64,000 nucleotides of DNA from Hyaloraphidium curvatum SAG 235-1 (taxonomy: Eukaryota; Fungi; Monoblepharomycota): NCBI GenBank assembly GCA_025558095.1, contig JAIVFI010000009.1:620001-684000 (forward strand), written 5' to 3'. This document shows, one piece after another, positions 30,645 to 40,888 of the stretch (its first letter is position 1; every line of letters begins with the position of its first letter). The translations under genes and the position numbers were made by a program. Below the pieces are notes generated by a model. The model worked only from the letters and a program-made list of their open reading frames with translations, had not been told where the DNA came from and did no database searches.

Positions 30645-32096
30645 TCAGATCGTCAGATAAAGATCGATTTCTGGTTCAGCAGACGACGGCACGGCCTCCG
30701 TCAGGTCCGCTAGCAGCTCCCAATCGTCCCGCGGCTCCTCCGCATGCACAAACCGCATCGAGTACGACGCCGGCCCGCCGTAGATCGTCCCCATCCGCGC
30801 TCCGCCCGCCTCCGCATCGCGTTCCAGCTCGCCGTCCCCGTCCGCGTCCCGCTCAAACCCGAGCGCCAGCCACGCCCCCTTCCCGCCCCTCCACGCCGCC
30901 ACCTCCGCCGCCACCCCCCTCAGCGCCTCCACCAGCACGGGGTACTTGTGCGCCCCCGCCGTCGCCCCGCCCGCCAGCAGCTTGGCCGCCCTCGCGGCGT
31001 ACGCGACCCCCGCCTCGGGCCCGAACCCCACCCTATCCGCGAACGACCCCGTGCGCACGCCCAGCCGCGCGCGGGCGAGGCGGTACTGCGCCGCGAACAG
31101 CACGAGGGAGGAGAGCAGGCCGCCCTCTGCAGGCGGGGGTGCCCGGGGCGGAGCCGAGGCGGGCGAGGCCGTGTTCGAGGAGGGCCGGGGAGGGGGAGGG
31201 GTGGAAGCGTGAGGCGCCGCGGATGTAGCGGCCCGGATCGCCGCCGAGGGAGAGCTGCGCGCCCGCGCGGGAGTGCAGGGCGAGGAGGACGGCGCCGTTC
31301 AGGAGCTTCTCCTGCATGAAGGTCCGGGGAGAATGGGGTAGCGAGGAAACGACGGCGTGGAGGAGAGAAACATGTGCGGCCACGGCCGGGCCGACGGGGA
31401 GGGAGGCATCGGGGTCCCGATAGCCCGAAGCGCGGCTCAAGAGGTTGAAAATGACGACCACACGGAGATCGTGGTGTGTCCGGAGCCACAACACGCGAAG
31501 GTGCTCGGCGTCATTCGCAGCCAGGGCTTCAAATATCTCCGAGTAGCGGGGGCCGTCGATGCCCAACGCTTTAAGGAGGGTATCAGGCTCGCAGCACCGG
31601 TCGTGCGGGATGGCGAGGACCGGCGCCCGGTTGCAGTCCATCGATTCGGCGCGGTACAGGCAATGGAGCATGCCCCACAGACGGCGCCAGCCGCGGACGC
31701 CCACGGGATCCCACCCGGCGTAGCCCTCCACGGGTTGCGCCGCGAGAACGGCGAGTGCCATGTAGAGGATCCGTTCCAGCTCCGCCTGGAGGTACACCGA
31801 GACGCCGTTGACGAGGAGCTCGGCCTCGAGGGACGGCACCCGGCCCGTGGCCCGCAGCACTTCGCCCCGGGGACCGCGCTGGGCAGTGCGCCCGCCGCCG
31901 GCGCCGGTGCGGGCGCGGCCCATGAGGAGTCTAGTGGCGGCCGCTGCTTGGGCCCCCGTTGGCAGGGAATGCCGCGGCGGACGCACAGGCTGCACGGCGC
32001 CCCCAGGGCGCGTCTGGCGTCGCATCGCTCCCGGCTGCGGCGGCACGCGTCGCAGGCCGTGCGGAGCTCCCCGCCGGAGGCGCCCGAGGGTGCCAT
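30645..32096 (-). CDS. Zn(II)2Cys6 transcription factor, apparently frame-disrupted
   Basis: ACDACRRSRERCD......CSLCVRRGIPC zinc cluster; coding-like signal switches frame near 31870 and near 31130-31215 without clean GT-AG introns. Confidence 0.7.
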
Positions 32097-32499
32097 CGCG
32101 GTCGCGGGGGGCGGTTCAACGTGTGCCTGTCGGGAGTTCTGTGTTGAGGTCTGGACCACCAGGCGGCCGATCGTGACGCCGAATGCGAAAGCCACGTTGG
32201 AACCGCACATGCATGTTGCCTACTCGGGAACCGGGCCCAGCAGATGGATTCACCGTGCCGCTGGGAAACGAAAGCGCTCCCGGGTGGGGTGCCTTCTGAG
32301 CGCTTCCGGCGGATCTTCTCCCGGCTGCCCGCGACGCCGCACGGTACGAAGATTCGGCGTTGCGGGCAGATGCTTCCCGCGCTGCAGTGTCCGCGAATTA
32401 GTGCCGAGGCAGAACCTTCCCGTTGGAGCCCTTGTAGAGGGTTCCGTCCGCTGCTGCACCCAGCACTTCGCCGCTCCCGCCCACATCCGCCCATTAACT

Positions 32500-33170
32500 C
32501 CCGCCTGCGGCGATCCGTTGCCATGGTCCTCGTGCGTGTGATTGGTGCTTGGTGAATGAGGCGCACTGGCGCCGACTCTGCGTGTTGAAGCCATCGCAGA
32601 GGCATCGGGGAAGGATTCCAGCACCGCGTCCGAGCCGGCGCCTCCGTCCGTCCGCGTCGACCTCGAGGGCTCACGGCGGCGTCGAAGGTCGCGACTCATC
32701 CAGTGGAGCCGAGAAGATCGAATCCGTGAGCTGGGCACTCTCCCGAGCGCCGCCGCACAGACGTCCGCATCGGCACCCCCGGGGCCGGAGGCCATCTCGC
32801 TCTCCGTCGCCGCCCCGCCCGCAGTTGGTCCGCTCCTGTGGCGCCGGAAATACTCCCGCGCTACTGGAGCGCTCCACCGAGCGCTCCGCGCGGACAGCCA
32901 GCACCGGCGCCCCGGAAGCCCCGCCCGCGTCCTGGTCCGTTCCCCATCCGGCGGTGTCGTTTAGTGCTTGCAGATCCTCGCAACCATTCAGGGAATGCTT
33001 GACGAACAGCCCGCCGGGGTTGTTCGTCCTACCCATGCGGCCGCGAGTGCCCGAGCTGGTGATGACGTGGTGGTGCGCGTTGCAGATGCTGAGGCGGGAG
33101 TTACTCCCGTCCAAAACAGTTTCGGTGTATGAATGCACGCCCTCGCGGGAATGGAACAGCCGGCAAACAG
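32500..33170. repeat. Copy 1 of diverged direct repeat (period about 1365 bp)
   Basis: Anchors at 32510, 32881 and 33059 match 33873, 34246 and 34428. Confidence 0.85.
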
Positions 33171-33864
33171 CCCTTCGGGCTGCTTTCGGCGGCCGACACC
33201 GCGAGTGCCGAAAGCTGGCCGATCGGCCGGAGTTGCACAACACGGAGCATGATCCCGGTGGCGCTGACGAGCTCGTGGAGCAAGATTCCTCGTCAGAGAA
33301 TGTATACTTAGGGAGCAGAGCCCGTCGGCGCCTCCACCTGGCTCCGGTCCAGTCTGGTCCTCGCGGTGGGCGACCACACAGCGAGCTAGATGGGAGGCGC
33401 CGGGCTCGCCTTGCCAGAACTGCACAGTGTCATTAGACACATGCCGCGCAGATGCCCTCCCGGGGCCTCCCCGATCCCGTCCTTGAGGTCGATTCGGCGT
33501 TGCTTCCCGCGCGCGGAAATTTCGCCGGTGATGCCGAGCCCTATGGACGCTTGATCGGAGCCCTTTGCGTGGTGCTCCGTCAAGCACAGTGCCCGGCACC
33601 TCCCCGCTTCCCGATCCACGTCCCCTCGCGCTTGCGGTCCGTGGATGCCTGCGCAGACGCGATGATGTGATGGCGCCCGGCTTGCAACCACAGCCCCGCG
33701 ATTCCCGCCTCGGCGATCTCGTCCGTGGCACGTGCAGCCCGGCACCTTCCTAGCTCCCCATCCGAAGGCTGCTTTCGCTGTTCGCTCTGGGACGGCGCCG
33801 GACACTGCACCTAAGGGGTCCTTCCCGAAGGCAGGACCACCCATGCCCGCGTCCGGCGCCTCCC

Positions 33865-34525
33865 CGCCTTCTGCGATCCGTTGCCACGGTCCTCGTCCGC
33901 GTGCATGGTGCTTGATGAATAAGGCACAGTGGCGCCGACTCTTGGCGTAGTCGACAACTCGGAGTCCTTGGGGAAGGATTCCACCCGCGTCCGAGCCGGC
34001 GCCTCCGTCCGCCCGCGTCGTCCTCGTCCGAAATAGTCGCCGTTGAAAAGTCTCGACTCCCGGTGGCGCCGACAATGACAAGGTTGCCGCCACGGGGCGC
34101 TCTCACAAGCGCTCCGCGCGGACGTCCTCATCGGCGCCTCCGGGCCGGGAGCGAGCCTTGCTCCGCCGTTGCCCGCCACGTCCGCGGGTCGGTCCTGTTC
34201 CTGCGGCGCCGGCGCCTCGTCGATGCGTACGGGGCGCTCGACGGAGCGCTCCGCTCGGACCGCCAGCACCGGCGCCCCGGAAGCCCCGCCCGCGTCCCGT
34301 CCGTCCTCCGTCCGCCGGTGCGTGCCTCGTCCCGTGCTTAAGGGCCCTCGCAGCCAAGCAATCTACAGGAAGGAACAGCCCGCTGGAGCTGCTCCTCCGT
34401 CCCACGCGGCCGCGAGTGCCCGAGCGAGTGATGACGTGGTGTTCCGCGGCTCCTTTGCCGAGGGGCGAGCGGCTCCATCCAAACACAAGCACATCCCTCA
34501 GGCTGCGAAATGGAAGACCGTGGAA
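33865..34525. repeat. Copy 2 of diverged direct repeat
   Basis: Shared blocks such as GGGGAAGGATTCCA..CCGCGTCCGAGCCGGCGCCTCCGTCCG and GCGGCCGCGAGTGCCCGAGC..GTGATGACGTGGTG. Confidence 0.85.
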
Positions 34526-34981
34526 GTCAACTGCACCAAATGAAGGCCCGAGGGACGGGATCGGAGCGGGATCGGCCGCGATTCGCCAAACCGGAGCGGG
34601 ATTCCTTGGGCGGGGCGACGCGGAGCGGGTTGCGAGCACTGCGATTCCGGCCTCTCGCCATCCGAAGCAAGCACTTCAGCTCATTTCTTCTAGGCCAATG
34701 TCTTCTCGTTTCGTTTTTTTGCGCTGACTTCGGGTAGTGACCGGAGAAGGCGGCGAGGGACGGAGGGGGGACGGAAGCTGCTGCGGCACCGGACCTCCAC
34801 CTGGAAAGAAGCACGGGATCGGGGATCCGTCAAATCGGATCGGTGGTTGCTCTTGCTTGGAGGCCCATCGGACTCCGACCGCACCGGTTCGCGTTTGGCG
34901 GGCGGGAGGCCCGTGCGTGCGGGCGGCGCAGCGGCATTTCGGTCCCCCGCCGCCTCCACCTCCTTCCGGCCGCCGGGGACG

Positions 34982-37666
34982 ATGGACGGCGCATCGCAGG
35001 GCGCCGCTGTGCCCAAGACACCGCTGCCGCGGAAGCCGACGCGGGCGGGCGCGACGCCGTCGCCGGGCGGGGGCGTGCCCGCCGCGGCCACGCCGCCGCC
35101 GGGGGTCCCTCCCGCCGCCCCCTCTCCGATGCCGATGGTGTCTCAGCAGCCTTCCGCGGCGACGTCTGCGCCCAGCAGCCGCACGGTGTCGCCGCCGTCG
35201 GTGCTCTCCGGCTCGCTCAGCGACCCCGCCTCGGCGCTGCAGCCGTCGGCCTTCTCGGCGTCGCTGCCCGCCGCGCCCGCGCCCGCCGACGCGGCCCCCG
35301 CGCCGCCCGGCGTCGTGCCGTTCCACATGCTCGCCGACCCGTCGGCCGCGGAGCTCAAGATCCGCGCGCTGGAGGCGTCACTAAAATCCAAGGAGGGCGA
35401 ACTGACCGCGCTGCCGGCCATGGCGCCGCCCAGCCTGCTGGCAAACTCGGACGGCGTCGGCGAGCTGTACGGCTCGGCGCTCGACGTCGACCTCGCCGCG
35501 AACGAGTCGGCGCTGTCGCCGCCGGCGCAGATCCCGTCGGCCGCCCGCATCTCGGTCAACTACACCACGCCCGCCTACCCTGCCCCGCCGGCCTACGCGA
35601 CCCCGGCCCCGGCTCCCCCGATCGCGGACTCCCGGGCGCTGGCGGACGCCCCGGCGCAGGTGCAGGCACGGCCGGCCGTCGAGGTGCTGCAGATGCCCGT
35701 GGTCGAGCTCCCGGAGATGCCGCTGCAGATGCCGGTCGTCGAGCTCCCCGAGATGCCCACCCAGCCGGCGCCGGCCGTGCCAATCCCCGCCCCCGCCATG
35801 GCCGCCGCGTCGGTGCCCACCCCCGCGCCCGCACCCACCTCCCAGCCCCGCCAATCGCCCCCCCTGCAGCAGCCCCCGCCGGTGCAGCAGCCCCCCAAGC
35901 TCCCCTTCGCCGCGGACCCCTCTGCCCTCCCCCCCGCCGCCGCCTCCCCCCCGCCCCCCAAGTTCGACGCCGCCTCGGACGTCTCGGCCGCCAGCAACGC
36001 CTCGGCGACCAACTGGGAGCGCCTCGTCTCGTCGCTCAAGGCGCAGCTCGGCTCGCGCGACGACCGGCTCGCGCGCACCGTCGGCCTGATCGAGTCGCTG
36101 GCGAGGGAGATGGAGGACCTGAACGCGCGGCTGGTTGCCGGGAGGGAGAACGAGGACCGGCTGGTGCGGAGCCACAGGGTGCTCAGGAGCGTGTACCAGG
36201 CGCGGATCGAGGGGCTCAAGGGGCAGGTGGCCAAGCTGCAGGCCGAGGCGGAGCAGGCGCGCGCGGAGCTCGCGAGGGCGGTCGCCGAGGCCGAGGCGGG
36301 GGGGGCAGCGGCCGCGGGGCTGGGGGCCGCGGGGGCGGTCGAGGTGGCGCGGCTCAGGGGGGAGCTGGAGCGCGCAGAGGCCGAGAACGAGGCGCTGGGC
36401 GGCAAGGTCGCCGCGCTGGAGCAGGCGCTCGAGAGGGCGGCGGGGGGGATGGAGAAGGCGGTGCAGGAGACGCAGGCGGCCAGGCTGGGGATGGAGGAGG
36501 CGAGGAAGGAGGCGGTGGCCGCGCGGGCCGAGGCCGAGGCGGCGCGGAGGGAGGCGGCGGCGGCTGTGGCCATGGCCGCCGCCGCGTCGGCCAACGGGCC
36601 GACCCTCGTGCAGGGCCCGCCGGTGGCCGAGTCGCCGAACCAGCGGCCCTTCCCGTCGCAGGAGTCGGGCTTGGCGTCGGCCGTCGGGGAGCCCAAGGAC
36701 GCCGCGACGAGAGGAACCCTCGTGCCCAACCAGCCCGGGGCGTCGAGCATGGCCGCCGACGCCGAGCCCGAGGAGGACGAGATGATGGACCTCGCCTTCT
36801 GGCGGGAGCAGGCCAAGCTCGCGGAAAAGGGCCTGGCCGGGCCCGAGGACCCCGTGCCCCCTTCGCAACTGCACCAGCAGCAGCAGATGGCCTCGGACTC
36901 GGCGGCCACCGCCGCGTCGACCCCGGCGCCGGCCGCGCTGCCGTTTGCCAGCAGCTCCGCGCGGGCATCGCTCTCCTCCTTTGCCGCGCCCCGCGGCCCG
37001 GCCTCCCTCGAGGACCCCAACGCATCCATCTCGCAGGCGTCTGCCGCCCCCGCCGCCGCCGCTGCCGCATCGAGCGCCTACGTCTCACGCGCCGAACCGC
37101 CCCCGCCTCTCCCCTCGGGCCCCGCCAACCCCGCTTCGGACCCGCTCGCGGACCTCCGCGCGCTCGCGACGGTCGGGACCAAGATGCTGCTCGTCAAGCC
37201 CGGCTCGTCCAAGAAGGAGCTGCACACGGTCAGGCTGGTGCCGAGGGAGGGGCAGCCGCCCGTGGTGGCGTGGAGCAAGGCCGAGGGCGGGTTCCTCGGG
37301 ATCGGGAAACCAAAGGAGGAGGCCGGTGCGTTCATCCCCAAGCAAAACCCCGGCACCCCGCTCACCCCCCCTTCTTCAGAACCCCTCGTCGGCGTCTCGG
37401 CCACCCGCGACCCAAAGACCATGTCCCTGCAGCTCCTCCTCCGCACGCCCTCGCGCGACCTCGTCTTCCAGCCGGCCTCGCCGCGCGACCTCGGCGCGTG
37501 GGTGCGCACCGCGCGCGAGGTGCTCCGCCGCGCGGCGCCGCCCGAGGCGGCCGAGGACGGGTTCAGGACCGGGCTGGCGAGGTACGAGGGCGCCGCGGGG
37601 GGGATGGTGGGCGCGTTCAGGCCCGAGTACGGGCAGGTGAAGAGCTGGGCGCTGACGCTGGCGTGA
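34982..37666 (+). CDS. Pro-rich / coiled-coil protein with C-terminal PH-like domain (5' end uncertain)
   Basis: Long ORF with GC3 bias; heptad region LERAEAENEALGGKVAALEQ; C-terminal LLLRTPSRDLVFQPAS..DL.AWV typical of a PH-domain end. Confidence 0.7.
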   Translation: MDGASQGAAVPKTPLPRKPTRAGATPSPGGGVPAAATPPPGVPPAAPSPMPMVSQQPSAATSAPSSRTVSPPSVLSGSLSDPASALQPSAFSASLPAAPAPADAAPAPPGVVPFHMLADPSAAELKIRALEASLKSKEGELTALPAMAPPSLLANSDGVGELYGSALDVDLAANESALSPPAQIPSAARISVNYTTPAYPAPPAYATPAPAPPIADSRALADAPAQVQARPAVEVLQMPVVELPEMPLQMPVVELPEMPTQPAPAVPIPAPAMAAASVPTPAPAPTSQPRQSPPLQQPPPVQQPPKLPFAADPSALPPAAASPPPPKFDAASDVSAASNASATNWERLVSSLKAQLGSRDDRLARTVGLIESLAREMEDLNARLVAGRENEDRLVRSHRVLRSVYQARIEGLKGQVAKLQAEAEQARAELARAVAEAEAGGAAAAGLGAAGAVEVARLRGELERAEAENEALGGKVAALEQALERAAGGMEKAVQETQAARLGMEEARKEAVAARAEAEAARREAAAAVAMAAAASANGPTLVQGPPVAESPNQRPFPSQESGLASAVGEPKDAATRGTLVPNQPGASSMAADAEPEEDEMMDLAFWREQAKLAEKGLAGPEDPVPPSQLHQQQQMASDSAATAASTPAPAALPFASSSARASLSSFAAPRGPASLEDPNASISQASAAPAAAAAASSAYVSRAEPPPPLPSGPANPASDPLADLRALATVGTKMLLVKPGSSKKELHTVRLVPREGQPPVVAWSKAEGGFLGIGKPKEEAGAFIPKQNPGTPLTPPSSEPLVGVSATRDPKTMSLQLLLRTPSRDLVFQPASPRDLGAWVRTAREVLRRAAPPEAAEDGFRTGLARYEGAAGGMVGAFRPEYGQVKSWALTLA

Positions 37667-37897
37667 TCGGGGTGTGGGAGGGAGGGGAGCTGCGTCGTTT
37701 ATGCCGTGTATCTATGTCGATCGTCATCGAAGCCTTCTACTAGTAGCGTAAGCAGCGAGTCAAAGGTGAACGCAATGTCTTCGATCCAGGTACAACAACT
37801 TTCCCCTGCAACTCCACGATGATCTACAATATCCATCGCCGATCGAATGCACCTTTCCCGCACCGAACCCGCCCAAATCGCCGTCCGGCACACCGGC

Positions 37898-40479
37898 TCA
37901 GCGCTTGCGGTAGTTGCGCGAGAACATGAGACCCGTGAGACCCCTGCAGCCGAGCGCGGTCAGCATCCGGGCGATCGTCGAACCGCAAGCGAAAACGCAC
38001 ATGAACGCAAAGAAGACAAACAAGGCCGCGTTGACGGCGTAGCTGACGTTCGTCGTTGCAATATCGTTGGGCTTGACGCCGTTGATGTAGGTGATGAAGT
38101 CCGCGCCCTGGCCGATGGGACAGTACGATCCGGCGGGGAAGATGTCTGGCTGCCGCGCGGCCGTCTGCGATGCGGTCGTCCCGGCGTCGTACACAGAGTA
38201 GCCGCCGAGCACCAGCGAGGTCTGGCCGGGGGTGGTGAAGTTGCCCGGGGTCGTCGAGGCCGGCGCGAGGCGGTTCTGGATGGCGAGGGAGTTGGCGGCG
38301 AGCGCGGCCTGCGTCGCGGGGGTGATGGACTGGAGCTTGGCGGTCTCGGTGTTGGCGTTGACGATGTCTATGCCGGCCCTGCAACAGGGTCAGCGCGCAT
38401 GCCCGTTGCGGGTTCCCGGAGGCAAACACACCAGAAGGTCGTGACGGCGACAGCGTTGGCCTTGTCAGCGACGAAGCTGGCGTTCTGAGCGTGCGCAAAG
38501 CCACTAGCCACGGCCTCGGAGATGCCGGCCGAAGGCAGAGGCCCGCAGGGCACCTTGAGGTCGTAGAAGATCTGCCAGCACACGTACATGAGGCACCAGC
38601 GCCAGTAGTTGACGTCTGCAATCCAGCGCAGGCCGGGGGACATGGTGTCGAGCGGGGCCTGCACGCCGCAGAAAATCCAGAAGATGAGGCCGGCGGCCCA
38701 GAGCGCGGTGTAGGCCTGCACGAGGGTCTTGGACCATGCCGACCAGGCCTGGGCGACGGCAGTGGCGAGCCAGAACTGCAAGAACATCATGGGGTAGATC
38801 CGGCCAAAGGCGTAGGACAGCCAGGGGTTAGCCATGTAGAAAATGATGACCATGATGATGGTGGTGATGACGGTGACGAAGCAGCCCTCGAGGACGAGGT
38901 ATGTGAGCCAGAATGGCGGGGTCGTGTAGAAGGCGCCGTCCATCTCCTGCAGGTACAGCTCGCGGTCCTCGAGGAATTGGGGCACCGAGGCAATGGCGAC
39001 GAAGATGGAGAAGAAGGTGTAGGTCGTCGTGATTTGCCGCAGAGTGCCGAGGTCCACGGGGGAGATCTGGTGCGGAAAGGTAATGGGTGAACAGGGACCA
39101 TCCACGAAACCGGGCGTCTAGCGTGTGCGCTTGCACTCACGCCGTAGAAAATGCCGCCCATGAAGAGCGCCAAGACCAAAAAAAGGAACAGCCGTCCCCA
39201 CGAGGTCGATGGGTTGCGCCAGTAGCGCATGAGGCAGCGCCAGCCCAGCAGCCGCATGAGGTCCCACCACTGTCTCTCGACAATGTGCTCGGAGTACCTC
39301 ACTGCGCTGTAGGTCTGCGACTTGAGCCTGTTGAGCTCGGCGAGGTTCGCGCCGGCGAGGGGCGACTTCTCGTAGTAGGTCGCGGCGGCCTGGGTATTGG
39401 CGCTGATGACGTCGAGGTAATGCTCGATGGGGTTCTGCAGCTTCGGCGTCGGGTAACCCATCGTGCTGAAGTACGGCTCGGCCGCGGCAACGGGGCCAAA
39501 GTAGCACGTGCGGCCCTCGGAGAGCAGCATGGTGTTGTCGAACAGGTTGAAGACGGCCTCGGAAGGCTGGTGAATGACTGGAAATGCGAGCCGTTCGGCG
39601 TGAGCTGGTGAAAAGGTGCACGACGGAGCGGCTCGAACGCACCAATGACGACGCACACGTTCTCCGACTTGACGTACTTGAGCACCAGCTCCATGGTGAA
39701 GCGGGCACCGAAGTCGTCGAGACCCCTGCGCAGGCGTCGGGTCAGATGCATGGTCAGGCCGAGTGAAGCCTTGCAACTCACGAGGTGGGCTCGTCGAGGA
39801 AAAGCATGCGCGGGCGGGCAATCATCTCCGTGGCGACTTCGGTGCGCTTCTTCTCGCCCGACGAGACGCCGCGGATGAGCTCGTCGCCAACGGGCGTGTT
39901 CTGGGCGTTGGTGAGCTTGAGCCCGGCGATGACCTCGTCGACGCGGGCGACGCGCTCCTCGTGGGTCGAGTTGCGGGGCATGCGGCACTCGGCGGCGAAC
40001 ATCAGCGTCTCGCGCACGGTCATGGTGGGGATGTGCGCCATCATGGTGGTGATCTGCCCAAGGCGCCTCTTGAAGAAGACGTCGGGCTTGGTGCCGTTGA
40101 CGAGGACTTCGCCGGTGATCTCGCCGAGCGACTTGCGCTGCGAAAGGATGTCTGACGGGGCACGGGCGGTCAGCACGGTGGTACGGCAGTAACGACAGCA
40201 ACGCACCGAGCAGCGTGGTCTTCCCCGCGCCCGAGGGCCCGATGATGGCCAGGGACTCTCCGGGGCGTGCGAAGCCAGTGTTGTCGATGAGGGAGTGCAC
40301 CACCTTGGGCTTGCTAAAGATGCCGCCCGACTTGAGCTTGCAGTTGACATTCTCCCACGTCACGGTGTCTGTCCCGGAAGTACTGGTGAGCGAGATTCTG
40401 CGGCGGCGACTCAGCGGCGATCCGTACAGCCGGCGTGGTCGTCCGCCGTGGCGGCGCGGGCAGCCGAATTCGCTTCCAT
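37898..40479 (-). CDS. ABCG (white-type) half transporter, multi-intron; exact start uncertain
   Basis: Walker A GPSGAGKTTLL, signature VSSGEKKR, Walker B LFLDEPTSGLD, IHQPS, NPIEH, then ABC2 membrane domain (YWRNP, DRELYLQE, NYWRW). Confidence 0.92.
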
Positions 40480-40888
40480 GTCTGAACGTGCGAGCTCGGA
40501 ACGAATGTGTGCGTTCCCTGACTGCGGCAGGGCGAAGTGCCTGTTGACCAAAGCTAGGGCACCTAAGGTGGGAGACAATCAGAAACCAGGGTTTACGCTG
40601 TGGCAACTCCGGCGGCGAAACGGAGGGTGCCGCACTGGTCGACCCATTAAAACTGCATAGAAAGACTCAAGGCCTTCCCGAATAGTTCAGCATAAGCATC
40701 GGAATCAGCCCTGAAGAGGGAAAACGGCATCGGTGCAAACGGAAGTCAAGGGGCTCGACTTCCGGTCTCCAAGGAGTCTAATGTTGCGCAACGCCCAGTT
40801 GTCTCCCAACCCCGGCCGTTCGCAAAGCCGCTCAGCTACCGAAGGCATCGGAAACGAACTGCTTTGTCGACCGAGGGCTACTCTAGCC
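40480..40888. promoter_or_regulatory. Shared bidirectional promoter of the two ABCG genes
   Basis: About 0.4 kb between divergently oriented ABCG 5' ends; less GC-rich than the exons. Confidence 0.55.

Noticed and set aside
33059-33095. C/D-box snoRNA (GTGATGA...CTGA)
   Set aside because: Boxes are too close together, the D box is not kept in the second copy and no terminal stem is evident
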